From positions 128,001-192,000 of the forward strand of contig CACPJC010000002.1 of NCBI GenBank assembly GCA_902634185.1: DNA of 64,000 nucleotides, in the 5' to 3' direction. Below the pieces are notes generated by a model that had not been told where the DNA came from, made no database searches, and saw only the letters and a program-made list of their open reading frames with translations. Positions 53,413-62,810 of the stretch are shown one piece after another. A program made the translations under genes and the position numbers. The stretch comes from an uncultured Candidatus Actinomarina sp. GTDB lineage: Bacteria > Actinomycetota > Acidimicrobiia > Actinomarinales > Actinomarinaceae. The first letter of the stretch is position 1; each line of letters opens with the position of its first letter.

Positions 53413-55171
53413 AAGTTAATTCAACTACGCCCTCTGGTTCAAGAAATTCACCTTTACGTGGTAATTGTTTTCTCACAACACCACTTGTGTCACCACTTAT
53501 GGTTGCTACAAGTCCAGCTTCTTCTAACTTATCAATTGCATCTTGATATGTAAGGCCTTCAACTTCAGGTACTTCTATTTTTATTCCAAGTGAAACAATT
53601 ATAGTTACAACATCATCAGGAGTTATAATCTCTCCTGCTTCAGGAAGTGTGCCTGAGACAAGACCTTCTTCTATATCTTCAGAGTATTCTTCCAAAGTTT
53701 CAAATTCCAAACCTAATGTTTCCAGTATTTGAGTAGCGTCTTCAACTGATTTTCTAGATAAATCACCTAGTTCAATCAAACTTGGTCCTGAAGAAATAAC
53801 CAGATCTACAGTTGAGCCAGGACCCATTTTTTTTCCAGCCATTGGATTTTGAGAGATAATAAAGCCAATCGGAACGTTATCATCATTAACTTCTATTTTT
53901 TGACCTATTGTGAACCCACTTTCTTCAATTACATATATGGCTCTTTCAGTTTCTAAATCAACAACATATGGAATAGGATATGCTTCCGGACCAACGGACA
54001 CAATTATTGTTACGAGGGTATCAGGATTTGTTGATGTATTTGCAGGAGGTTGAGTTCTTATCACAGAACCTTCAGGAACATCTGGGTGAGCAGAATTTTC
54101 TATACCAACTTTAAATCCCAGACTTTGTAAATCATTAAGTGCTTCTGTCTGACTACTACCTGTGAGATCTGGAACTTCAACAACAACTTGTGTACCTCCA
54201 TCAACAGGTAATCCATCAAAAACTCTGGTCAATGTCCATATTGTTCCTACGACTATCGATAAAGAAATGATCAATGCTGGAAGAGTAAATCTATATTTTA
54301 TTTTTGGGCTTGTTAAATCGACAAGATTTTCCTGAGTCTGTATAGCTTGAAGTTGGGTTTTTTGTTGAAGGAGAACAGCTCTTAAGTCTTCAGCATTTTT
54401 AAATCTATCTTTTGGATATTTATGTAATAGTTTTAGTACAGCATTTTCAATACCTTTTGGGATATTTGCTCTATATGTACTTAACTTTTCAGGCTTGTCG
54501 GTAATATGTTTTGTTGCAGTAGCAATAGGAGTATCTCCCTCAAAAGGAGGCCTTCCAGTAATTAATTCATACAGTACAGTTCCTAATGAATACAGATCTG
54601 ACTCTTTTGAAACAGGTTTTCCCTGAGCTTGTTCGGGAGATATATAACTCGCTGTTCCAAGGATAGATCCTGTTTTAGTTATATCACTCTCTTCATTTTG
54701 TAATGAGACAATACCAAAGTCTGTAACTTTTACTTTTCCTTCTGGAGTAATCATTATATTTCCAGGTTTTATATCTCGATGAACAAGACCTTTTGAATGG
54801 GCAGCCTGCAGTCCGCTAGACACTTGTGCACCAATAAATAAAATGTCATTCATACTTATCGTTCTTTTATTTGCAATTATCGAGGTTAATGTATTTCCTT
54901 CTATGTACTCCATAACAAAAAAGGGTTCATCTCCTATTCCCCAGTCAAAGATTTGAACAATATTTGGATGATTTAAATTCGCAGCTGTTTGTGCCTCTCT
55001 TTTAAACCTTTCTACAAATTTTTCTTGCTCAACATAGTTTGGCTTGAGTGTTTTGATTGCTACTGTTCTTTGGAGTTGTTTATCAATAGCTTTGTAAACA
55101 TACGACATACCACCTTCACCCAAAAGTTGAGTAATTTCATATCTCTCTTTAATTATTTGTCCTATTTGCAT
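53402..55171 (-). CDS. pknB: PASTA-domain Ser/Thr kinase
   Basis: LGEGGM, VAIK, HRDIKPGN, DFG, SPEQ, TM, four PASTA repeats. Confidence 0.95.
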   Translation of the reverse strand: MQIGQIIKERYEITQLLGEGGMSYVYKAIDKQLQRTVAIKTLKPNYVEQEKFVERFKREAQTAANLNHPNIVQIFDWGIGDEPFFVMEYIEGNTLTSIIANKRTISMNDILFIGAQVSSGLQAAHSKGLVHRDIKPGNIMITPEGKVKVTDFGIVSLQNEESDITKTGSILGTASYISPEQAQGKPVSKESDLYSLGTVLYELITGRPPFEGDTPIATATKHITDKPEKLSTYRANIPKGIENAVLKLLHKYPKDRFKNAEDLRAVLLQQKTQLQAIQTQENLVDLTSPKIKYRFTLPALIISLSIVVGTIWTLTRVFDGLPVDGGTQVVVEVPDLTGSSQTEALNDLQSLGFKVGIENSAHPDVPEGSVIRTQPPANTSTNPDTLVTIIVSVGPEAYPIPYVVDLETERAIYVIEESGFTIGQKIEVNDDNVPIGFIISQNPMAGKKMGPGSTVDLVISSGPSLIELGDLSRKSVEDATQILETLGLEFETLEEYSEDIEEGLVSGTLPEAGEIITPDDVVTIIVSLGIKIEVPEVEGLTYQDAIDKLEEAGLVATISGDTSGVVRKQLPRKGEFLEPEGVVELTFDE

Positions 55172-55174
55172 AAT

Positions 55175-55828
55175 TTAAATTAAGTTAATCATGATTGCTG
55201 ATACGTTATCTTTAGGATCCAGTAACAATACTTCACTAACTAAAGTATCTGCACTTGTGCCATCCTGCATTTTTTTCTTTATATACTCCTCGCCAACTTC
55301 ATTGTAAAGTCCGTCACTACATAGGAGTATTACATCTCCAATCTGAAGTTGAAAGTCTATTTCTTGAATATTTAGTTTCTCATTGGAACCAAGTGCTTGT
55401 TTTAATACATTCTGGTATCCAGGTACATTTTGATCTTCTGTAACTTTGACTAAATTTCGATCAGAAAGAACATAACACCTACTATCTCCAACATGTGCAA
55501 TTTTCATTAGGGCATTCTCATTTATTGTGATCACAGTCATAGTTGTCCCCATACCAAGAGATTCAGGATTATCATCTTGAAATTGTAAGATCTGCTTATT
55601 TGCTTGATTTATAACTTTTTTTAAGTCTTCAACTTCTTCATTAAGTTTGTCTGCTGCAATTTTGCTGGCAATATCCCCACTTACGTGTCCTCCAAGACCG
55701 TCGCAAACAGCAGCCTTGAATGGGGGTTGATTATTACCTGAAGTTGATGGATAAATAGAGTCTTCATTTTTCTTTCTATTTGGCCCACATTCGCTTCTAG
55801 CTGACCAAACAAGTTTAAAATTTTTCAT
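55175..55828 (-). CDS. PP2C Ser/Thr phosphatase (PstP-like, no TM)
   Basis: RKKNED, CDGLGGH, GMGTT, HVGDSR, LCSDGL, DNVS. Confidence 0.92.
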   Translation of the reverse strand: MKNFKLVWSARSECGPNRKKNEDSIYPSTSGNNQPPFKAAVCDGLGGHVSGDIASKIAADKLNEEVEDLKKVINQANKQILQFQDDNPESLGMGTTMTVITINENALMKIAHVGDSRCYVLSDRNLVKVTEDQNVPGYQNVLKQALGSNEKLNIQEIDFQLQIGDVILLCSDGLYNEVGEEYIKKKMQDGTSADTLVSEVLLLDPKDNVSAIMINLI

Positions 55829-55910
55829 TCCCTAATAATCTTAGTTGTGAAATGTAATTGTATTTATAGACTGTATAAAGAACTAAAATTTAGAAAATAT
55901 TGAAAAGTCT

Positions 55911-56888
55911 ATGAATATAATACGATACATTTTTGTAATTATTTTGAGCATTACCATAGGATTTTTTGCGTTTAGATTTTATGATAATTTTTCAGAATCT
56001 TCGGAAATAAATACATTTTTAGAAGAGGCTTATGTTATATCAAATCTTCATCAAGAGGCAGCAAAGAAATACGGTAAATTAATAAATTTTGATGAATTAA
56101 ACAGGGATGAATTTGAATCGACTTTTATCGAAATAATAAGAGATGCTCAAGAAGCAAACAATATCCTTATTAACTCTGAAAGTAGTTACACGGGAGCTGA
56201 GAGAGAATTATTAGAAATAGCTACAACATCTTGGTTAAAAGGTTTGGAAACTTTTCAGGTCTCAATATTAAATTTAGTTGATCAGGAATACTCACAACTA
56301 CTTGAGGAGTCTATTGCAGAAAGTATTACAAGTTTATCTGTTGGGGATAAAGCTTACAGCAATTTCTTGTCAGAAATAAAAATTAAATCAGATAACGAAA
56401 ATTTATTTTTACCAGATTTTTTAAATATTGAATATACAGGTATCGAATCAAACGCATATCAATTTGCTGAACTTATCGTTGATAGAGCAATTGAAAATAA
56501 AAGTGGTCTTTTTCTGAGAAGAGATATTTCTGTAACAGGTGTTGAATTTGTACCTCAATCAATAGCTATTACCGAGGAAGGCTACAGAGTATTACTTGAT
56601 CAACCTACGTCACTGCAGTTAGTAATTGCAAACGAAGGAAATGTAGAGGAAACAGAAGTCCTTGTTTTAATCTTGGTAACAGATGAATCAGGAGATACAG
56701 TTTATGAAAAAAGAACAAAACTAAACACCATTGGTCCTTTTGAGAGTAAAAGTTATTACTTAGATCCTTTAGAAATTGAAAAAGGAATTCTATATGAGTG
56801 GTTTATACTTGTCGAAGAAGTAGAAAATGAAGAAGATTTCGAAGATAATATATATTCTGTTAAAGCATTTATTCCACCAGAGGACTAA
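55911..56888 (+). CDS. membrane-anchored acidic hypothetical protein with Ig/CARDB-like C-terminus
   Basis: N-terminal TM, helical middle, VIANEGNVEE...EDNIY. Confidence 0.65.
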   Translation: MNIIRYIFVIILSITIGFFAFRFYDNFSESSEINTFLEEAYVISNLHQEAAKKYGKLINFDELNRDEFESTFIEIIRDAQEANNILINSESSYTGAERELLEIATTSWLKGLETFQVSILNLVDQEYSQLLEESIAESITSLSVGDKAYSNFLSEIKIKSDNENLFLPDFLNIEYTGIESNAYQFAELIVDRAIENKSGLFLRRDISVTGVEFVPQSIAITEEGYRVLLDQPTSLQLVIANEGNVEETEVLVLILVTDESGDTVYEKRTKLNTIGPFESKSYYLDPLEIEKGILYEWFILVEEVENEEDFEDNIYSVKAFIPPED

Positions 56889-56891
56889 ATC

Positions 56892-58142
56892 ATGATAGAT
56901 CCACAACTTATAAAAACTGATCTTGAAATTATTGAAACAAATCTTAAAAAAAGAGACTTAAAAATTGATTTACAAAATTTAAAAAAACTTGATGAAGAAC
57001 GAAGAGAGTCAAAATTTGAATCCGAAAAACTCAGGTCTGACCAAAAAAAATTAGGCAAAGAGATTGCCTCATCAGACGGGGATGAAAAGGATAAATTACT
57101 ACAAAAGGCTGAAAAACTTAGCCAAAAGGTTAAAAAGCTAACAGAAGAAACACAGAAAAAAGAAGAAGATTTTCTAAACGAGTGGATTAAAATTCCAAAT
57201 ATTGTCAACCCCTCATCTCCTATTGGTAAAACAGATGCCGACAATAAAGAACTAAAGCAAGTAGGAAAGCCTAAAGATATGAAAAATCCACTATCGCATT
57301 TAGATATTGGAGAAAAATTAGGTTTAATTGATGTAGAAAAGGCCTCAAGTGTTTCAGGTTCTAGATTTTCATACTTATTTGGAGATTTGGTGAAAATGCA
57401 ATTCAATCTTGTTTCTTATGCTTTGAATAAATTGTCTGAAAAAGGATTCAATCCAACAATTCCACCAGTTTTGGTTAGGGAAAATGCTCTTTTTGGAACT
57501 GGATTTTTTCCTGATGATTCAGATCAAGTGTATGAGATTCCAAATGATGACCTATTTCTAGTTGGTACGTCAGAAGTATCACTTGCTGCTTTACACGGTG
57601 ATGAAATTCTTGATTTTGACAAACTACCTATCAGATATGCAGGATATTCAACTTGCTTTAGAAGAGAAGCTGGAACTTATGGGAAAGACACAACAGGAAT
57701 ATTTAGAGTCCACCAATTTGATAAAGTAGAAATGTTTTCTTTTTGTAGTCCTGAAAAATCAGAAGAAGAACATGAATTTATTCTCTCAGTTGAAGAAGAG
57801 ATTTTACAAGAGCTAGAAATTCCTTATAGAGTCGTTGATGTTTGCACCGGCGATCTAGGTTCATCTGCTGCTAAAAAATTTGATATCGAAGCATGGATAC
57901 CAAGTCAGAATACATATAGAGAAGTAACATCTTGTTCAAACACAACGGATTTTCAGGCCAGAAGGTTAAATATTCGCACAAAAGTAGAAAAAGATACTAC
58001 TTTACTCCATACATTAAATGGTACAGCTATTGCAGTGGGAAGAATATTAATAGCTCTACTTGAAAATAATCAAACTGAAGATGGAGGAGTAGAATTCTCT
58101 GATAGCTTGGGGAATATTTTAGGGGTTGATAAGTTAAGCTAA
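56892..58142 (+). CDS. serS: serine--tRNA ligase
   Basis: GTSEV, FRREAG, RVHQFDKVE, EVTSCSN, TLNGT. Confidence 0.97.
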   Translation: MIDPQLIKTDLEIIETNLKKRDLKIDLQNLKKLDEERRESKFESEKLRSDQKKLGKEIASSDGDEKDKLLQKAEKLSQKVKKLTEETQKKEEDFLNEWIKIPNIVNPSSPIGKTDADNKELKQVGKPKDMKNPLSHLDIGEKLGLIDVEKASSVSGSRFSYLFGDLVKMQFNLVSYALNKLSEKGFNPTIPPVLVRENALFGTGFFPDDSDQVYEIPNDDLFLVGTSEVSLAALHGDEILDFDKLPIRYAGYSTCFRREAGTYGKDTTGIFRVHQFDKVEMFSFCSPEKSEEEHEFILSVEEEILQELEIPYRVVDVCTGDLGSSAAKKFDIEAWIPSQNTYREVTSCSNTTDFQARRLNIRTKVEKDTTLLHTLNGTAIAVGRILIALLENNQTEDGGVEFSDSLGNILGVDKLS

Positions 58143-58682
58143 AAGTAAGCTTGCTATCATACTTAGACCTAAGAATATATAAACAGTTCTCTCAAGAGTA
58201 GAATTTTTTCTCAACCAATTTTGTAACTTTTCCCCTAAAAGTAACCAAATTCCAACGCAAAATGGAAGAACTGAAAAGTATATTAGTGTCCCTTGTAAGT
58301 GGGTTACATTAAAGGCTGTTAATCCAGAAATTGCCATTACAACACCTTTTGGATTTACCCATTGAAACAAACAAGCCTGTATAAATGTAAATGGTTTTTC
58401 TATTTTACTTTTATCAGTTGATGTTTTGGTTGTGGCAATTTTGTATGCGATATAAACAATTACTCCATAGCCAATATATTGAAGGTAAGTAAATACCTCA
58501 CTAGGAACAAATGAAAGAATGTAACCCCCTACAAAAAATAAAAATGTAAAACCAAGCCAAATTCCTAAGAAGTGAGGAATCGACGGTCGTCTACCAAATT
58601 TTATACCTGATGCCATAAGCATTGAATTGTTGGGGCCTGGTGTTATGGCAGTTACTGAAGCGAAGATAAAAAACTCAAGCAC
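58134..58682 (-). CDS. LysE family exporter
   Basis: TPGPNN, FQWVNPK. Confidence 0.88.
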   Translation of the reverse strand: MLEFFIFASVTAITPGPNNSMLMASGIKFGRRPSIPHFLGIWLGFTFLFFVGGYILSFVPSEVFTYLQYIGYGVIVYIAYKIATTKTSTDKSKIEKPFTFIQACLFQWVNPKGVVMAISGLTAFNVTHLQGTLIYFSVLPFCVGIWLLLGEKLQNWLRKNSTLERTVYIFLGLSMIASLLLA

Positions 58683-58725
58683 TTTTCAATATTAATACTA
58701 GAGTTTTAGAAACTGAAGTTTAAAG

Positions 58726-58814
58726 CGGAGGGAGTGGGATTCGAACCCACGGAGCCTATAAAGACTCACGACATTTCGAGTGTCGCGCACTAGACCGGAC
58801 TATGCGATCCCTCC
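58726..58814 (-). tRNA. tRNA-Ser(CGA)
   Basis: CGACA-CTCGAAA-TGTCG anticodon arm, long variable arm. Confidence 0.95.
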
Positions 58815-58832
58815 TAGAATAAGTTTAGGGAT

Positions 58833-59291
58833 ATGAAATATAAATCTGATATAGAAAAAATGCAAGTAGCACTAGCGGAAGCTAAGAAAGCATTAGAGAT
58901 AGATGAAGTACCAATCGGAGCTGCACTTTTTGATAATGATGATAAATTAATTACAAAGGCGCACAACAGGCGTGAAATTGATCAAGACCCAACTGCCCAT
59001 GCTGAGATATTAGTAATAAAAGAAGCATCCCAGATATTGAAAACTTGGAGATTAGAAAACACCACTCTTGCGATTACATTAGAGCCTGATCCCATGTGTG
59101 CAGGAGCAATAGTCAACGCAAGAATCAAAACTCTCTTATACAGCTCACCAAATCTAAAATCGGGTGCAGCATACACACTTTATAATATTCCACAAGATAA
59201 AAGACTAAATCACTTTGTTGAGATAAGAGATAATATTTTATCCCATGAATCTGAAGTTATATTATCCTCTTTCTTTGAAAGTAAGAGGTAA
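58833..59291 (+). CDS. tadA: tRNA adenosine(34) deaminase
   Basis: EVPIGA, HNRRE, DPTAHAE, TLEPDPMC, FF..KR. Confidence 0.9.
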   Translation: MKYKSDIEKMQVALAEAKKALEIDEVPIGAALFDNDDKLITKAHNRREIDQDPTAHAEILVIKEASQILKTWRLENTTLAITLEPDPMCAGAIVNARIKTLLYSSPNLKSGAAYTLYNIPQDKRLNHFVEIRDNILSHESEVILSSFFESKR

Positions 59292-59318
59292 TTAAACTAA
59301 TACTTTAGGTCTTTTCAT

Positions 59319-59407
59319 GGAGGGATCGCATAGTCTGGCCTAGTGCGCACGCTTGGAAAGCGTGTAAGGGTTTATCCCCTTCGAGGGTTCGAATCCCTCT
59401 CCCTCCG
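59319..59407 (+). tRNA. tRNA-Ser(GGA)
   Basis: CACGC-TTGGAAA-GCGTG. Confidence 0.95.
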
Positions 59408-59424
59408 CAAAAAGATTATAGTTT

Positions 59425-59510
59425 GGAGGGATGGCCGAGCGGACGAAGGCGTTAGTCTTGAAAACTAATGTATGTATTCCATACCGTGGGTTCGAATCCC
59501 ACTCCCTCCG
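59425..59510 (+). tRNA. tRNA-Ser(TGA)
   Basis: TTAGT-CTTGAAA-ACTAA. Confidence 0.95.
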
Positions 59511-59517
59511 CAAGCTT

Positions 59518-59609
<92 letters not shown>

Positions 59610-59610
59610 A

Positions 59611-59687
<77 letters not shown>

Positions 59688-59700
59688 AAAAATTACTTAT

Positions 59701-60360
59701 CTAGTAATTCCAAAGGGGTTCATTTAAATTCCAATCTGGTGATTCACCCCATTTATTTAAAAAAGTGACTTCCTCTACAGGCTTTCTTGTTGCAACTCCC
59801 CATTTCCCTAAAGGGTATCCTGCAGTAATAGTCGCATTTAAGGTCCACCCTTTATCTGCTGGAATATCAAGAATTTTATAAACTTCTTCTGTCTTAAAAC
59901 TCATTACTGTTGTTAGACATGTTCCTATTCCATGACCTCTTGCAGCAAGCATTAAACTCCATATTGCAGGATAAATTGATGAACCAGTAGGATCATTTCT
60001 TGAAAATGCTAAAACCAAAAGTGGGACTTTATCATAATTTTCAGCTAACCAACTTGCAGAATTACTAATTCTTCGAACCGATTCAATTTGTTCTTTGTCT
60101 TTTAAATTCGAAGCACCCAAATCAGATGAATTATTGTAGAAAGATTTAACGTAATAGTCCCAGGTTTCTTTATAGATATCAGCCAACTGATTTCTGACTT
60201 CTTGGTCTGTTACAGCTACAAATCTCCAGTCTTGTCTGTTTGAACCACTTGGTGCACGAATTGCTGAGTCAATCATTGATTTTATAATTTCATCTGGGAT
60301 CGGATCTTCTTTCACCCTTCGCATAGCCCTTGTTGTATAGAGAGCTTCAAATACATCCAT
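59701..60360 (-). CDS. nitroreductase family protein
   Basis: TRAMRR, APSGSNRQDWRF, LAARGHGIG. Confidence 0.9.
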   Translation of the reverse strand: MDVFEALYTTRAMRRVKEDPIPDEIIKSMIDSAIRAPSGSNRQDWRFVAVTDQEVRNQLADIYKETWDYYVKSFYNNSSDLGASNLKDKEQIESVRRISNSASWLAENYDKVPLLVLAFSRNDPTGSSIYPAIWSLMLAARGHGIGTCLTTVMSFKTEEVYKILDIPADKGWTLNATITAGYPLGKWGVATRKPVEEVTFLNKWGESPDWNLNEPLWNY

Positions 60361-60394
60361 TTTGTTATTTTAGTAAGATAGAAGTTAGGTAAGT

Positions 60395-61210
60395 ATGGAT
60401 AAAAAAATATTTTCAGAAATAAAAGATAATATTGGGATAATTTGGTTAAATCGTCCCGAGAAAAAAAATGCCTTAAATGATGAACTATGGTTCGGACTTC
60501 CAGAATTAGTAAAAGAATTAGATGAGAGTGACGAGGTAAGAGTAATTCTTATTGCAGCAAAAGGAGATACGTTTTCTGCAGGTATAGACATAAATTTACT
60601 TGTAGAAGCTTTCGATCTAAATGAAGATTTGAAAACTAATGCGAAAGAAAGAATTGAAATTATGGAGATTACAAAAAAATTTCAAGATGCTTTTACGACT
60701 GTTGCAAAAACACAAAAACCAACAATAGCTGCAATTCAAGGATTCAGTATTGGAGGTGCCACAAATTTAGTAGCATCTTGTGATATTAGGCTTTCAACAA
60801 AAGATGCCCAATTTTCAATTGGTGAATCAAAGCTCGGATTAGTAGCCGATGTTGGGGCTTTACAAAGAATGCCTAAAATCATATCAAAGGGTCTACTAAG
60901 AGAACTAGCATACACTGGCAAAACTTTTGATGGTGAATATGCAAAAGAGATTGGATTTGTAAATCATATTTTCGACACCCATGAAGAACTTATTGATGGT
61001 GCTATGGAATTAGCAAACGAGATTGCATCAAACTCACCATTAGTTATGAGAGGTGTAAAAATGATCCTTGATAAAGGTGAGGAGTTAACATCTGATCAGT
61101 CATTAGATCTTGTAAGAATGTGGAGTACTTCATTCCTGAGTTCTGAAGACTTGAAAGAAGGAATTTTTGCACGAATGGAAAAAAGAGATCCAAAGTTTAA
61201 GGGACAATAG
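60395..61210 (+). CDS. enoyl-CoA hydratase/isomerase
   Basis: LNRPEKKNA, FSAGID, KPTIAAIQG, ADVGALQR. Confidence 0.9.
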   Translation: MDKKIFSEIKDNIGIIWLNRPEKKNALNDELWFGLPELVKELDESDEVRVILIAAKGDTFSAGIDINLLVEAFDLNEDLKTNAKERIEIMEITKKFQDAFTTVAKTQKPTIAAIQGFSIGGATNLVASCDIRLSTKDAQFSIGESKLGLVADVGALQRMPKIISKGLLRELAYTGKTFDGEYAKEIGFVNHIFDTHEELIDGAMELANEIASNSPLVMRGVKMILDKGEELTSDQSLDLVRMWSTSFLSSEDLKEGIFARMEKRDPKFKGQ

Positions 61211-62188
61211 TTATAACTTGCTAAATTCCTTCAGGGCAAATCTATCCGTCATACCAGCCACGTAGTCTACGGCATTTTCAAGTTCTGATTGAGTAGTCCT
61301 ATATTGCTCAGGTAATAAGTTTGGATTATTCGTAAAATTAGAAACTAGTTTTTCAACAACTTTTTTAGCTTCTGCTCTTTCCTTTTTTGTTTCATCTCTG
61401 AGATATACTTTTTCAAACATAAATTCTCTTAAATTGTTCATAATATTCAAAATTTCATCATCCATACGAAGGTTACCTTCAGACGACGCTTTAAAAATTC
61501 CTGAAATAAGTGAATTTATCCAAGTTTTACCTGGACTACCAAGTTCAGAAGTAATGCTTTTTGGTATTTCACTTTCATTTAACACACCAGCTCTTATTGC
61601 ATCTTCAACATCGTGTGAAAGATATGCAATCCTATCGGCGTATCTACAAATTAAGCCTTCGTTAGTAAAGGGAGGTTCTTCATATTTCCATGGATGTTTT
61701 TCTATGCCATTAATAGTTTCTTTTGTGAGATTTAAAGGTTCAATGATTGAGAGCATTTTTACAGAATTTTCAGAATGGCTCCAACCACCATCAAGCATAT
61801 CGTTCAAAACTTCCTCACCAGTGTGTCCAAAAGGAGAATGTCCCACGTCATGCCCTAAACAAATAGCTTCAGTTAAATCTGGATTTAGGCCTAAAGTTTT
61901 TGCGATAGATCTACCAATTTGAGTTACGTTTAGCGTGTGAGTCATTCTTGTTATAAAATGATCGCCGTCCGGATTGATAAATACTTGAGTTTTGTGTTTT
62001 AATCTTCTAAATGTTTTTGAGTGTATAATTCTATCCCTATCTCTTTCAAAAACAGTCCTAAAAGGATCTTGATCTTCTTTTTTAATACGACCTTTTGATT
62101 CTTCAGATAACATTGCGTACGAAGATAAAGTAACGCGCTCGTTTGTCTCTCTCCATTTTCTATCTCTAAGTATGAAAGAATCATTCAC
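61211..62188 (-). CDS. dgt: dGTP triphosphohydrolase-like HD protein
   Basis: RDRDRIIHS..FRRL..KTQV, TRMTH, HDVGHSPFGH, DYVAGMTD. Confidence 0.92.
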   Translation of the reverse strand: MNDSFILRDRKWRETNERVTLSSYAMLSEESKGRIKKEDQDPFRTVFERDRDRIIHSKTFRRLKHKTQVFINPDGDHFITRMTHTLNVTQIGRSIAKTLGLNPDLTEAICLGHDVGHSPFGHTGEEVLNDMLDGGWSHSENSVKMLSIIEPLNLTKETINGIEKHPWKYEEPPFTNEGLICRYADRIAYLSHDVEDAIRAGVLNESEIPKSITSELGSPGKTWINSLISGIFKASSEGNLRMDDEILNIMNNLREFMFEKVYLRDETKKERAEAKKVVEKLVSNFTNNPNLLPEQYRTTQSELENAVDYVAGMTDRFALKEFSKL

Positions 62189-62204
62189 AATTTTAGATTA
62201 ATTC

Positions 62205-62750
62205 TTAAATGGAATTTAATAAAGCGATTAAATCATTCCAATCATTTAAATCGTGAACGCCTTCGATAGGATCGTTATATAATCTTACGAATCTAATAAT
62301 TGTTTTATCTTTCCTATTTTTTACATAACTATCAAGCTGATATGGAGCATCATCTATGTAAACGTCACAATCTATCTTCCACTTTTCCTCAATAAAATGT
62401 ATTTCTTTTGTTGGTATCTTATTTTCTCCAAGCCACATCAAAGTATCATGTATTGACCACCATGGCTTAGAGGAAATAATTACTACCTCATGACCATTTT
62501 TTGAAAGCTCATATAAAACATCTACAGCATTTTCGTACAGTTCAAGATTTCTAAAAATGGATGAGCCGTCGATATCTTTAGCCCATTTCCAGAAATCTAT
62601 TTCCTCCTGAAAGTGTGTTAAAGGTTTAGAAAGGCCCCACTCAGTTATCTCTTCCTCTAATATTTTTTTACCAAATTCTTTTTCATATAATTCAGTCCAG
62701 CCTTTTGTGAAGTTTGCAACAACACCGTCTAAATCAACTCCGATTCTCAT
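62205..62750 (-). CDS. 5'(3')-deoxyribonucleotidase (HAD, NT5C-like)
   Basis: VDLDGVV, YIDDAP. Confidence 0.85.
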   Translation of the reverse strand: MRIGVDLDGVVANFTKGWTELYEKEFGKKILEEEITEWGLSKPLTHFQEEIDFWKWAKDIDGSSIFRNLELYENAVDVLYELSKNGHEVVIISSKPWWSIHDTLMWLGENKIPTKEIHFIEEKWKIDCDVYIDDAPYQLDSYVKNRKDKTIIRFVRLYNDPIEGVHDLNDWNDLIALLNSI

Positions 62751-62810
62751 TTGACTAAGTTTAATTCTTCAGTGCACTATAGAAGGGTAACCCTATTAGC
62801 ATTTACATAT

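Noticed and set aside
62771-62795. Short palindromes AGTGCACT and AGGGTAACCCT before dnaX
   Set aside because: Too short and single-copy to assign; no SRP RNA present in this spacer
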